DNA of 64,000 nt from Eledone cirrhosa (lineage: Eukaryota), in assembly GCA_964016885.1 (NCBI GenBank), contig OZ024744.1, positions 52,266,001-52,330,000 on the forward strand, written 5' to 3'. The notes under the pieces were generated by a model, which did no database searches, was not told the origin of the DNA, and was given only the letters and a program-made list of their open reading frames with translations. Made by a program: the position numbers and the translations under genes. Shown one piece after another: positions 37,214 through 52,560 of the stretch (positions are counted from its first letter, which is position 1; each line of letters begins with the position of its first letter).

Positions 37214-40200
37214 TCAGGTCGCTCTCGAGTGCTACTGGTAACATGTAACCCAGTACGGGTCGTCGGCGATTAAACCGGCAAACCCACCAAGCTTGCTTGG
37301 TTAGGAGGGTGGTATTTGGACACCCTGCAGGATGAAATACAAGACCCGGCAAAGGGCGGAGGAACTCAGCAGAGTCAACGGCCATCCAAATAGTACTTTT
37401 TTCCCCACCTGGGAGGAGTGAAAGGCCCCCAGTTGTTGTCACAACACCTTTCTAGGCGAGGGAAACTGGAAAAAAAAACCTGCGGCTTCGGAAGCATCCG
37501 ATGTTGACCAGTTCTCCTTTTCGGGTAGTGTATTCGATGCTCAGAGAGTGGGATTGGTCGCGTGCAAGGCCTTTTCCCACTTAAAAAACCTTCAAAGCAC
37601 AGGCATCGCTTGTTCAGGATCTGTTACAGGTTCATGTGGCTGGCCGTAGCCTAAAAGTGCACCAAACTCTATGATGTCAGATGATAACTTTGAAGTCAAT
37701 GGCAGCAAGAGCTCTGCAAATTATTGTGAAGGCGTCTGGCCCGGCAGGTGTCCCATGGCACCGCAGCGTGGGCCCGGCCGTCATCCTACAACTGCAAGGA
37801 GGTTCAAACCTCTGAATATTGGATGTTGGAATTTAAGAACTTTACAGGATTCCCAGTCCAGTAAAACTCGCCCTGAAAGAAGATCTGCTTTGGTGTCGAG
37901 GGAACTCGATCGCTATAGCATGGACATCGTTGCTCTTTCAGAAACGAGATTGGCAAGTGAGGGTAAATTCACAGAACAGAAGGGAGGATATACCTTCTAT
38001 TGGAGTGGTGGAACAGAGGGTTGTAGGAAAGAGGCAGGGGTCACATTGACAGTCAGGAATGGAATCGTCTCAAAGCTGGAAAATCTTCCTTGTGGATTCA
38101 ATGATCGGATAATGTCCATGAGAATCCCTCTGATTCAAAACTGCTTTGTGACTCTGGTCAGTGCTTACGCTCCTACTATGTGTGCTAGTGATGATGAAAA
38201 ACTGTGTTTCTACATGTCTTTGAGAGAGGTAATCCATGGTATACCTTATGCAGACAAGATTGTTATCCTTGGTGATTTTAATGCACGTGTTGTAATGACT
38301 GGGGAGCTTGGAGTGTGATGGGCAAGCATGGAGTAGGTAAGTGCAATAACAAATATCTACTTCTGTTGCAGATGTGCACTGAGATGGATCTTGTTGTTGG
38401 TAACACGCTCTTTCAGCAGAAAGACAAATATAAGACAACTTGGATGCATCCAGTTTCCAAGAAGTGGCACCTTATTGACTTCGTTTTAACGAGAAAACGT
38501 GATATCAGGGATATCACATTCGTTCATGTATTGTGAGGCGCGGAATGTTGGACTGATCATCGTCTGGTGCGCGCCAGGTTTCAATTTGTTGTGAAGCCCA
38601 AAGTAAAGGGAAAGAAGGTTGTACTTCCAAAACAACTAAACGTTGCTCGTCCTAAAACAGAGAAAGTCAGAGCAGAGCTGTCGAGGTCCCTTGAGTCCAT
38701 GGAATGTGAAAACACTTGGAAATCATTGAAGAAAACCGTCTATGATGTTAGTGCTGGAGTTTTGGGTCATACCAATAGAAAGCATAAAGACTGGTTCGAT
38801 GAAAATGATGCAGTGATTCAGACCTGGCTTGAAGAGAAACAAAAAGTGCTGACATCATTGTTGTGTGAGACACGTTCTGACAGGAGTGACCGGACCTTCA
38901 AGCAGATCAAGGCACGACTGCAACATCGATTGAGAGCCATGCAGGGTACCTGGTGGGCCGAAGGCTGATGAAATCCAGAAGACCTCAGATAGACATGATA
39001 CAAAGCTCCTATACAATCTGATCAGGGAGGTGTATGGTCCGAGCGGTTCACAAATATCACCACTTCACCCCGGGGACGGCAAGGAATTGCTCAGAGATCC
39101 GAAGGAAATCCTGATCAGGTGGCATGACCACTTTGCTGAGCTTCTCAACAGACCATCAGAAATTGATGATGAGTTCATCCGGTCGATTCCATCCAGACCT
39201 ACAAAGCTGGCAATGGCTGATCCTCCTCCATTTGATGAGGTGGCGAAGGCCATTGCCAAATTTAACAGCGGCAAGTCACCTGGAATGGATAGACTGTGTG
39301 CCGAGATTTTCAAGTGTGCTAGTGATAACTTCTTAAACCGCTTCACAGATCTCTTTGTGAGTGTTTAGAATGAAGAAGATGTGCCACAGGATTGGAAAGA
39401 TGCATTGATGGTGGTACTTTACAGAGGAAAGGGAGCCAAAGGTGACTGTAGCAACTACAGAGATATTTCACTGCTCTCTGTGGCTGGGAAGATCTTGTGC
39501 AGAATATTGTTGGACAGATTGATACAGGACATTGCTGTTGAGGTACTTCCTGAGTCCCAATGTGACTTTAGGAATGGCAGAGGTACTGTTGACATGATCT
39601 TCTCGGCCAAACAACTTCAAGAAAAATGCATTGAGCAGTGCATGGACTTATACTAAGTTTTTTCGATCTGACCAAGGTATTTGACACTGTTAATCGGAAG
39701 GCTTTGTGGGTTATTTTGGAGAGATTGGGCTGTCCTGGGCATTCTGAAACTCTTGTGAGCATTCTGAAACTCTTCCACGATGACATGCAGGCATGGGTGA
39801 ATATTGGAGGTAAAGTGCCTGAGCCAATCTCGGTTGAAAATGGTGTCAAGCAGGGTGATACACCTGCACCAACTTTGTTTACCTTGTATTTCGCAATGGT
39901 GTTCTTCATGGCCTTCAATGATTGTCAACACGGTATCTGTCTCAGATATCGCACTTCCGGCAAGCTATTTAACCTTAGGCGTCTCACTGCCAACACTAAG
40001 GTGCTGAGTACCTTGTTCAGAGAATTTTTATATGCAGATGATTGTGATCTCTTTGCACACTCTCAGAGTGACATGCAACACCTTATGGATTCTTTTTCCA
40101 ATGCGTGCAGTGCTTTGGGACAGACAATCAGTCTGAAGAAGACTGTCGTCATGTACCAACCTGTTCCGTATAAGGTTTTCAATGAACCCTCCATATACGT

Positions 40201-41133
40201 ATACGGTCAAAAGCTGACGGCTGCTGACACATGTGTGTATTTGGCGAGTACTCTGAGTGTGGCCTGCTCTCTGGATGCAGAGTTGGTCTACGTGTTAGTA
40301 AGGCAAGTCTTTGGTGCAGGCGATGAACACAATGAGGACCAAGATGAGAGTGTATGCTGCATGTATACGGTCAGCTATGCTGTATGCATGTGAGACATGG
40401 GTTGCCTACAAACGGCATATCCACAGACTGGAACGGGTTCACCAGCAGTGTCTCAGAAAGATGCTCGGTATCAAGTAGCAGATCCATATGAGTGATGTTG
40501 AGGTCCTTGAGAGAAGTGAGTGTCGGAGCATTGAGAGTATCATCCACCAACGGCGTTTGCGATGGACCGGACACCTCTGCAGAATGGAGGATGATCTAAT
40601 CCCAAAATAACTCTTGTGTAGCGAGCTTTGTGAGGGTAAGAGACCACCTCACAAGCCAAAACTCCTATTCAAGCATTGTGTAAAGGACTCATTGAAAAAA
40701 ACTGGTTTAATGATGGCTGACTGGGAGATAGGAGCTCTTGAAAGAGAAACGTGGAATGGTTAATGATGGTGTCCATAATTTTGAGGACAGACGCATAGAG
40801 CACGAGAAGATCAAACGGGATGTGCGTAAGCAATGCCCTGGTGTATCTCTCGAAACGATCGGTGTCTCCATTGAATTGACGTGCCCTGAGTGTGGAAACA
40901 TTTGCTTGAGCAAATCTGGTCTCAGGACCCACAGTCGTAGCCATATTCAAAGAGAACCAGTGAACTATGATCTTCAGGGTGTTGTGAGCTTTCACGGGCA
41001 ACCTGATGCAGGATCTCAAGCCAGAGAGATCCAGGAGTGCAAGTCTCTAGCAGGCTTGAAAAGCAATATCCGAGCGTCACACATCTGAATCTGACAAGCG
41101 ATTGCAATACTCTTGGCATAGTTTGCAGCCATC
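37214..41133 (+). mobile_element. Full-length but disrupted RTE-clade LINE (APE + RT + C2H2), (ATGT)n tail
   Basis: About 450-bp 5' leader, LNIGCWNLRTL, RPERRSALVSREL, IVALSETR, VSAYAPT, ILGDFNARV, HLIDFVL, GKSPGMD, GVKQGD, FLYADDC, CPECGNICLSKSGLRTHSRSH; ends GCAGCCATC(ATGT)n. Confidence 0.93.
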
Positions 41134-41195
41134 ATGTATGTATGTATGTATGTATGTATGTATGTATGTATGTATGTATGTATGTATGTATGTAT

Positions 41196-42180
41196 GTTTT
41201 CTCTTTCTCTTAATTTTGAGTATATTTTTTTGACCGGCCACCTTCCTGGTGGCAAGGTTGTAAAAGAAAAGAAATTGTCATCCCTTGAATCGCAAGAATG
41301 TTTTGCAAATTTTGAAGGTGCCAGCTATCGCAGCCATTTGTAGACTATGAATTAGGGAGCTGCGCTTTTTGTCCGCAAATCCAAGTTCAGTCATACTTTG
41401 GTCCAAGCGGGTTGGTATATAACCCGTAGCACCAATAATGATGGGTATGAAGCTAAAGGTGTATCTTGGATACTGGATTTGTAAACTCCTCATCAATGAT
41501 CCGTAGATGTCCCCCTTCTCCTGTATTTTTCTGACAACGTTTACATCAAGTGGGCAGCTGATCTCCACAACAGAACACGTTTTCAATGTGTGGTCCCAAA
41601 CTACAATATCAGGCCGGTTGTGCTTTAATCTGGTGGCAGTTTTTATTTTCAGGTTCCACCAGTATTCCTTAGTGCCATCTGTCTCAATATATTCTTCCTC
41701 GTTTGTTGTTAATTTTGTTTTCCGAAGTGCGTTCCAGATGGTTCTAGCTATCCCATCGTGTCTCATGGGGAGGTAGTAGCGAGATGACATTCTTTCGCAG
41801 CTGGCAACAATGTGGCTTACATCCTCGATCTTTGTTTTACATAGCCTACATTTATTGTCAGCTGCTGGCCCTCCTCTTTTGTGCAGCAGATATTTGGTAG
41901 GGAGTTCTTGTTCCTGTATTGCATAGAGATATCCCTCAAGGTGTGATGTCATAAACTTGTCGGAACTCCATGCCAGGCTTTTTGAGTGGTTTATCCCCTC
42001 TATGGTCTGTGTTTTACGCCTCAAGTATCCATGCACGACTTTTTCTGTAAATTGGTCAATTTTTTTTTCTTGTTTGAACATTGAATAGGATCTTCCGATT
42101 TCTCTGGGTGAGAGATTTATATCGGGCTTTATTCCATATCTCTCCTCCAGATCAGTCGCTATTCTAATGATATTTCTTTT
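41196..42180 (-). mobile_element. 5'-truncated R4-like element (RLE domain) inserted in (TACA)n
   Basis: ORF 41278-42081 with AIQEQEL, CRLC..EDVSHIVASC, HNRPDIVVWD, VVEISCP, IPIIIGATG; almost identical to 42948-43932; (TATG)n on both sides. Confidence 0.93.
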
Positions 42181-42267
42181 TTGTATGTATGTATGTATGT
42201 ATGTATGTATGTATGTATGTATGTATGTATGTATGTATGTATGTATGTATGTATGTATGTATATATG

Positions 42268-42873
42268 TCAGGTCACCACTTGGTGCTACTGGTAACATGT
42301 ATTCCAGTACAACCTGTTCCATGGTCGGGTCGTTGGCGACTAAACTGGCAACCCCACAAAGGTTTCTTGGTGAGGAGGGTGACTTTGGACATCCTGCAGG
42401 ACTAAAAACAAAACCTGTCAAAGGGCAAAGGAGCTCTTAAGAGTCAATGGCCATCCAAAATCACCGGGAGAGATGACCCCTTAGCCTTTGTCAGGGCAGA
42501 ATACTAGGAGAAGGAAAACTCTGATATAATACCTGCAACCCTGATGGTATCCAATGATGTTGACTTGTTCTTATTTTTGGTAAATATCATCTTGGTTAAG
42601 AGAGTGGATCTGGCTTTGTGCAGTGCCTTTGTTCACTATAAAAGCTTCACGGCACAGGCATTGCTTTATATCTGGAGATCTCTCTGCACTTGTCGTCACA
42701 TGGTACCATGGGCCCAAAACTATGTGTCAATAATTGTCACAAGTGTAGTGTTTGTACCAGAGTTTTGAAGTCGCTGGCTGACTTAAAAGTCACACTTGTT
42801 CAACGCATCGGTAGGGGTTCTCCTACATGGCTATAAAGTAGTGGCGTACTCGAAAACGAGTTGGCAGCCACCA
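42268..42873 (+). mobile_element. Non-autonomous RTE-related element (about 600 bp)
   Basis: 5' end matches the RTE leader at 37214; 3' end GGCAGCCACC + (ATGT)n; sister copies at 46034-46270 (truncated) and 52558-53126 (minus). Confidence 0.8.
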
Positions 42874-42947
42874 ATGTATGTATGTATGTATGTATGTATG
42901 TATGTATGTATGTATGTATGTATGTATGTATGTATGTATGTATGTAT

Positions 42948-45900
42948 GTTTTCTCTTTCTCTTAATTTCGAGTATATTTTTTTGACCGGCCACCTTCCTG
43001 GTGGCAAGGTTGTAAAAGAAAAGAAATTGTCATCCCTTGAATCGCAAGAATGTTTTGCATATTTTGAAGGTGCCAGCTATCGCAGCCATTTGTAGAAAAT
43101 GAATTAGGGAGCTGCGCTTTTTGTCCGCAAATCCAAGTTCGGTCATACTTTGGTCCAAGCGGGTTGGTATATAACCCGTAGCACCAATAATGATGGGTAT
43201 GAAGCTAAAGGTGTATCTTGGATACTGGATTTGTAAGCTCCTCATCAATGGTCCGTAGATGTCCTCCTTCTCCTGTATTTTTCTAACAACGTTTACATCA
43301 AGTGGGCAGCTGATCTCCACAACAGAACACGTTTTCAATGTGTGGTCCCAAACTACAATATCAGGCCGGTTGTGCTTTAATTTGGTGGCAGTTTTTATTT
43401 TCAGGTTCCACCAGTATTCCTTAGTGCCATCTGTCTCAATATATTCTTCCTCGTTTGTTGTTAATTTTGTTTTCCGAAGTGCGTTCCAGATAGTTCTAGC
43501 TATCCCATCGTGTCTCATGGGGAGGTAGTAGCGAGATGACATTCTTTCGCAGCTGGCAACAATGTGGCTTACATCCTCGATCTTTGTTTTACATAGCCTA
43601 CATTTATTGTCAGCTGCTGGCCCTCCTCTTTTGTGCAGCAGATATTTGGTAGGGAGTTCTTGTTCCTGTATTGCATAGAGATATCCCTCAAGGTGTGATG
43701 TCATAAACTTGTCGGAACTCCATGCCAGGCTTTTTGAGTGGTTTATCCCCTCTATGGTCTGTGTTTTACGCCTCAAGTATCCATGCACAACTTTCTCTGT
43801 AAATTGGTCAATTTTTTTTTCTTGTTTGAACATTGAATAGGATCTTCCGATTTCTCTGGGTGAGAGATTTATATCAGGCTTTATTCCATATCTCTCCTCC
43901 AGATCAGTCGCTATTCTAATGATATTTCTTTTTTCATTCTCATAAACCTGAGCAAGATGGTCGCCAACCTTTTTCCTCTGTTGAAGGTGTTGCTTCAGTG
44001 TTACTATCCGGGTCTCATATGTTGTTAATATTGATTTTAGACCCCGGCCACCTTCCTTGCGTGAGAAGTATAGCCTATCCACATCACCATTGATGTTAAA
44101 GTTCCCAGTAACACTGAGAAGTTTTCGAGTTCTAACATCCATCTCACTTAGTTCTTGCAATGACCAGTTCAGTAGGCCAAATGTTGGCGTTAGAATTGGC
44201 ACAGCATAGGTATTGTGGGCAATGTATTTGTTGTATGCTGACAGTTCTGATGACCATATTTTTTTTTACTCTTCTGAGGTATTCAGTTCTGGTTCTCTCC
44301 TTATTTATGGGTCCATCATATCTAACATTCTCATCCTGTCCAAGATATCTGTAGTTGTCACCTGACTGCAGAGGTTGTATTATCAGGCCGTTCATCTCTA
44401 GATTTCTAGAGGAGGGCACAGCTCTTCCACGTTTTACTGCCAAATATGCACACTTGGACTCACCAAATTTCATTTTGATGTCGGTTGAAAATTGTGTAAT
44501 GAGGTCCAATTGTTTCTTGATGTCATTGATATTTGGCCCATACAACTTCAGGTCATCAACAAAGAAAAGATGGGAGGTACTTCTGGGCCCACTTCTTTGT
44601 CCACCTTGTTTCCTGAGTAGGTCAGATAGTGGATTCAGTGAGAGAACGAAGAGTAGTACTGACAAGCTATCACCCTGAAAGATGCCCTTCTGGTAATGTA
44701 TCCTATCAGTCTTAACCTGCTCCTTCTCACCTCTAAGGATCAAATTGGTGTACCAGTTCTTGGTCAGGCGTTCAACAGCAGCTACTAATGGTTGTGGGAC
44801 TTTAGCTAACTGTAAAGCCTTAATAATCCACCCATGAGGTACACTATCAAATGCTTTTTGATAGTCCAGCCACACGACAGTCATGTTTCTGCGATTCTTT
44901 GTTGTTTTTTTCCTGAATCATTTTGTTAGTTAGTAGGTGATCTATGCAACCCCACACCTCCCTCTTTCCACCAGCTTGCTCAGGTGTTATGATGTTGTTG
45001 GTAGCACAGTGATCCTGTAAGAACAGGTTAAGGCACCCAGTATATAATTTATACATGATGTTTTGGCAGGCAATTGGGCGGTAATTTTTAGCAAGGGTGG
45101 TTTGGCTATTTTTGGGAATGAGGAGAGTAGTGGCAGTTGATAACCATCTGGGCAGTTCTTGTGTGCCCTTAATGGTTTCTGTAAACAGCCGTATGAGATC
45201 TTGCCGATAGAAAGTGAAATTCTTCAACCAGTATCCTGTAATGAGGTCTGGGCCTGGCGATTTCCTATTCGACATTTTCTGTAGAGCTGTTTCCAGTATT
45301 GACCCATCTATGTCATATTGTTTTGTCTGGACATGTTGGCAGTAGTCCTGTTCCAGTTGTTTTAGCCAATTAGCTTGTCTGTTGAATCCGTCATCCGTTT
45401 CCCATACAGATCTCCAGTAGTTCTCAACCTGTTCTTTTGAAGGGGTGTCGTTTACAGGGATTGAGCTTTTGCCACCGAAGCTGCGATAAACTGATTTAGG
45501 ATCTCTGGCAAACAATCTATTTAGCACTTGTCGTTTATGGGCTGTTGACTTATATTTTAGTCTTTCTGTTGTAGCTGTGAGTTGTTGTTTCAACTGGTGT
45601 AATTTGGAGTTCAAAGTTTTAAATTTGGTATCTCCAAATCGTCTCTCTAACTTTTTCTTTAGGTCTTCCTGGTGTCGTGTGAAGTTTCTCTCTATGTTGC
45701 ATTTCATAACGACTGTGATGTGTGAGATACTTCGTCTCAGGGACAAAATTTTGGTTTTTAAATTTCGCATCCACGCTGGTTCAGGCTTTCTGTTTGTATC
45801 TTGATTGCGTGGTTTTAGATGTGTGTTATATGATAGCAATGTGACAGCTGAAACATATAACAAAACATTGAGCGTTTCAAATGTCGTTTCTACACCTTTA

Positions 45901-46003
45901 GATCGTATAGCCTTCAGATAATTGCCAGCTATTTCGTTCACCGCTTCCAATTCCAATTTAGTGGGTTCTTTACTGACTCTAGTGTTGTATGGTCTGTCAC
46001 TCA
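42948..46003 (-). mobile_element. Nearly intact 5'-truncated R4-like non-LTR retrotransposon (RT + CCHC + RLE) in (TACA)n
   Basis: Three overlapping ORFs (44847-46003, 44144-44884, 43030-44202): [64 protein letters not shown]; only two +1 shifts, both in A-runs. Confidence 0.95.
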
Positions 46004-46304
46004 CTATGTATGTATGTATGTATGTATGTATGTATAAAAGCTTCACAGCACAGGCATTGCTTTATATCTGGAGATCTCTCTGCACTTGTCGTCGCATGGT
46101 ACCATGGGCCCGGCACTGTGTGTCAATAATTGTCACAACTGTAGTGTTTGTACCAGAGTTTTCAAGTCGCTGGCTGGACTAAAAAGTCACACTCGTTCAG
46201 CGCATTGGTAGGGGTTCTCCTACATGGATATAAAGTAGTGGCCGTACTCGAAAACGAGTTGGCAGCCACCATGTATGTATGTATGTATGTATGTATGTAT
46301 GTAT

Positions 46305-46836
46305 GTCAGGTCACTCTTGAGTGCTACTGGTAACATGTAACCCAGTACAACCTTTCGCATGGTTGGGTCGTCGGCAACTAAACCGGCAACTCCAAGTTTA
46401 TTTGGTGAGGAGGGTGTTTTATACACTCTGCAGGACAAAAGACAAAGCATGACAAAGGGCGGAAGAACTCATAAGAGTCAACGGCCATCCGAATGTATGT
46501 AAATATGTATATACACATGTACCGCGCGGTTAAACCACTGGGAGTGAAGGTCCCCTAGCGTTTGTCCGGGTATTCTTGTAGGAGAAGGCAACTCAGGAAA
46601 CTGCGATAACTCCGATATAAAACCTGCGGCTCAGTAGTTACCGATGATGTTGATCTTTTCTTCTTTTCAGGTTATAGCTACTGTCGCTCAGAGAGTGGGA
46701 TTGGCTCAGTGCAGTCTTTCCTTACTTTAAAAAAATCTTCACGCACAGGCATTGCACGATAGAATTAATTAATAATTATTAATAATGGTATATCGTGCAA
46801 TGGCCATACTCGATAACGAGGGGGCAGCCATCATCA
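46305..46836 (+). mobile_element. Non-autonomous RTE-related element, second subfamily
   Basis: 5' CAGGTCACTCTTGAGTGCTACTGGTAACATGTAACCCAG; 3' GCAGCCATCATC(ATGT)n. Confidence 0.8.
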
Positions 46837-48690
<1,854 letters not shown>

Positions 48691-48885
48691 ACGTTATTCC
48701 GGGTTGAGTCGGAGGTAACCACCGTAAGTAAAGTACTCAATACATTGCAGAGTATAAAAGTTTTAATATAGATGAGATTCTACAGGACTAGAACTGTTTC
48801 ATTCTTTAGAAATCATCAGGATTCCTGATGATTTCTAAAGAATGACACAGTTCTAGTCCTGTAGAATCTCATCTATATTAAAACT
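48691..48885. mobile_element. Short fold-back insert in (TA)n carrying a hammerhead core on both arms
   Basis: 63-bp arms 48759-48821/48823-48885 with one mismatch; each arm reads CTGATGA TTTC TAAA GAAT GA(A/C)AC AGTT. Confidence 0.7.
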
Positions 48886-49328
48886 ATATATACATATATA
48901 TATATACACATATATATACACATATATACACATATATATATATGTGTATATTTCTATATATGTATGTATATATGTATGTATGTAAGTATGTAAGTATGTA
49001 TGTACTTATGTATGTGTGTATATATGTATGTATGTATTTGTACATGTTTGTATGTATGGGTGTGTATATATATATATATATATATATGCATGTCTGTGTG
49101 TATGTGCCTATGTAAATGTGTATGTTTGTGTCTATGTACGTACGTATGTATGTATGCATATATGTATGAATTTATGCATGTGTGTATGTATTTATATATG
49201 TATGTTTGTACGTACGTATGTATGTACGTATGTATGTATATATGTGTAAGTATGCATATGAATACATACATATACATATAAAATATATATACACAATATG
49301 AGTGTGATTGAATCTGTGTATGTGTGTT

Positions 49329-49371
<43 letters not shown>

Positions 49372-49484
49372 ATATTTAAGTATATCTAAATCTATGTGTC
49401 TATATAACACACTTACAATTCCTGTTTCTGAATCACTCATCTTTTCGACACTCTGACCTTGCCCATCAATTGACTAGAAAACAC

Positions 49485-49705
49485 ACACACATACTAGTTC
49501 ATACACACAAGCGCTAGCATATACACAATACACGCACACACACTAGCATATAGATACACACAAGCGCTAGCATATACACAATACCGCACACACACTAGCA
49601 TATAGATACACACAAGCGCTAGCATATACACAATACACGCACACACACTAGCATATAGATACACACAAGCGCTAGCATATAGATACACACACACACACAC
49701 ACTAG

Positions 49706-49738
<33 letters not shown>

Positions 49739-50054
49739 TAGCATATAGATACACGCACACACACACACTAGCATATAGATACACACACACACACACTAGC
49801 ATATAGATACACGCACACACACACACTAGCATATATATACACGCACACACACACACTAGCATATAGATACACACACACACACACACACTAGCATATAGAT
49901 ACACGCACACACACACACACTAGCATATAGATACACACATACACACAATAGCATATAGATACACGCACACACACACACACACAATAGCATATAGATACAC
50001 GCACACACACACACGCTAGCATATAGATACACACATACACACAATAGCATATAG

Positions 50055-50093
<39 letters not shown>

Positions 50094-50846
50094 CATATAG
50101 ATACACGCACACACACACACACACCCACACACACTAACATATAGATACACACACACATACATTAGCATATAGATACACACACACACACACACACACTAGC
50201 ATATATATACACACACACACACTCATATAGATACACGCACACACACAGTAGCATATAGATACATGCACACACACACGCTAGCATATAGATACACGCACAC
50301 ACACACACACTAGCATATAGATACACACACACACATACACTAGCATATAGATACACACACTAGCATATAGATACACGCACACACACACACACTAGCATAT
50401 AGATACACGCACACACACACACACTAGCATATACATACACGCACACACACACACTAGCATATAGATACACACACACACACACTAGCATATAGATACACAC
50501 ACACACACACACTAGCATATAGATACACGCACACACACACACTAGCATATAGATACACGCACACACACACACTAGCATATAGATACACACACACAGACAC
50601 ACACTAGCATATATATACAAGCACACACACACACTAGCATATAGATATACACACACACACACACTAGCATATAGATACACACATACACACAATAGCATAT
50701 AGATACACGCACACACACACACTAGCATATAGTTACACACACACACACTAGCATATAGATACACACATACACACAATAGCATATAGATACACGCACACAC
50801 ACACACTAGCATATATATACACCCACACACACACACTAGCATATAG

Positions 50847-50877
<31 letters not shown>

Positions 50878-51775
50878 CATATATATACACACACACACAC
50901 ACACACTAGCATATATATACACGCACACACACACACTAGCATATAGATACACACACACACACACTAGCATATAGATACACGCACGCACGCACACACTAGC
51001 ATATACATAGACGCACACACACTAGCATATAGATACACCCACACACACACTAGCATATAGATACACCCCCACACACACACTAGCATATAGACACACACAC
51101 ACACACACTAGCATATAGATACACACACACACACACACACACTAGCATATATATACACGCACACACACACACTAGCATATAGATACACACACACACACAC
51201 TAGCATATAGATACACCCACACACACACACTAGCATATAGATACACCCACACACACACACACTAGCCTATAGATACACACACACACACACTAGCATATAG
51301 ATACACCCACACACACACACTAGCATATAGACACACACACACACACACTAGCATATAGATACACACACACACACACACACACTAGCATATATATACACGC
51401 ACACACACACACTAGCATATAGATACACCCACACACACACTAGCATATAGATACACCCACACACACACACTAGCATATAGATACACCCACACACACACAC
51501 ACTAGCCTATAGATACACACACACACACACTAGCATATAGATACACCCACACACATACACTAGCATATAGATACACGCACACACACACACTAGCATATAG
51601 ATACACACACACACACACACTAGCATATAGATACACCCACACACACACTAGCATATATATACACCCACACACACACACACTAGCATATATACACACACAC
51701 ACACACACACTAGCATATAGATACACACACACACGCACACACACTAGCATATAGATACACCCACACACACTAGTA
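49485..51775. repeat. Minisatellite of ~30-bp units: CTAGCATATAGATA + variable (CA)n
   Basis: Dozens of tandem copies visible. Confidence 0.97.
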
Positions 51776-51847
51776 CATACAGACGTACATCCATAGTAAG
51801 GCACACATCAATTCACGTACGAAGTCAGATACATTATTACTATCAAT

Positions 51848-52038
51848 GGCGGTGGATTGGCAGTATCGGTAGAGGGTCGGACGCCATGTTTGCAGCAGAG
51901 TTACGTCCCTTTATGGTCTGAGTTCAAATCCCGCCGAGGTTGACTTTGCCTTTCATCCTTACGGGGTCGATATAATAAAGTACCAGTAATGTACTGGCTA
52001 ATTTGCTGGCCTTGTGCCTAAAGTAGAAACAATTATTA
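51848..52038 (+). mobile_element. tRNA-derived SINE
   Basis: A-box-like TGGCAGTATCGG, B-box GAGTTCAAATCC, then GTTGACTTTGCCTTTCATCC..GGGGTCGAT..AGTACCAG; related copy on minus at 61495-61622. Confidence 0.8.
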
Positions 52039-52256
52039 CTCTCAACTCACTTCAAGACAATTCATTACATATATATATAGAGAGAGAGAGGGGGGCGAGG
52101 GCGAGGGAAAGAGAGAGAGATAGAGAGAGGAAGAGGAAGAGAGTGTGAGAGAGTGTGAGAGAGAGAGGGGGAGGGAGAGAGTGTGAGACAGAGAGAGGTC
52201 ACACTTAATCTCACACACGAATTCAAACGTATATATATATATATATATACACACAC

Positions 52257-52313
52257 ACATATACAAACATATGCTATACATATAGCAAACCGTGTCACTC
52301 TTCTTTCCTGATT

Positions 52314-52351
<38 letters not shown>

Positions 52352-52435
52352 CACACACATATATGCATATATATATATATATATAAATCAGGAAAGAAGA
52401 GTGACACGGTTTGCTATATGTATAGCATATGTTTG

Positions 52436-52442
<7 letters not shown>
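52257..52442. repeat. About 60-bp inverted repeat around a (TA)n spacer
   Basis: ATACAAACATATGCTATACATATAGCAAACCGTGTCACTCTTCTTTCCTGATTTAT and its exact reverse complement; resembles the pLTR end at 61295-61329. Confidence 0.85.
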
Positions 52443-52483
<41 letters not shown>

Positions 52484-52484
52484 C

Positions 52485-52557
<73 letters not shown>

Positions 52558-52560
<3 letters not shown>

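Noticed and set aside
41134-43932. Assembly duplication of the R4 3' end
   Set aside because: The two copies differ at several substitutions and have distinct 5' truncation points, consistent with separate insertions.
49485-51775. CRISPR-like repeat-spacer array
   Set aside because: Spacers are (CA)n rather than unique sequence, the context is eukaryotic and there are no cas genes.
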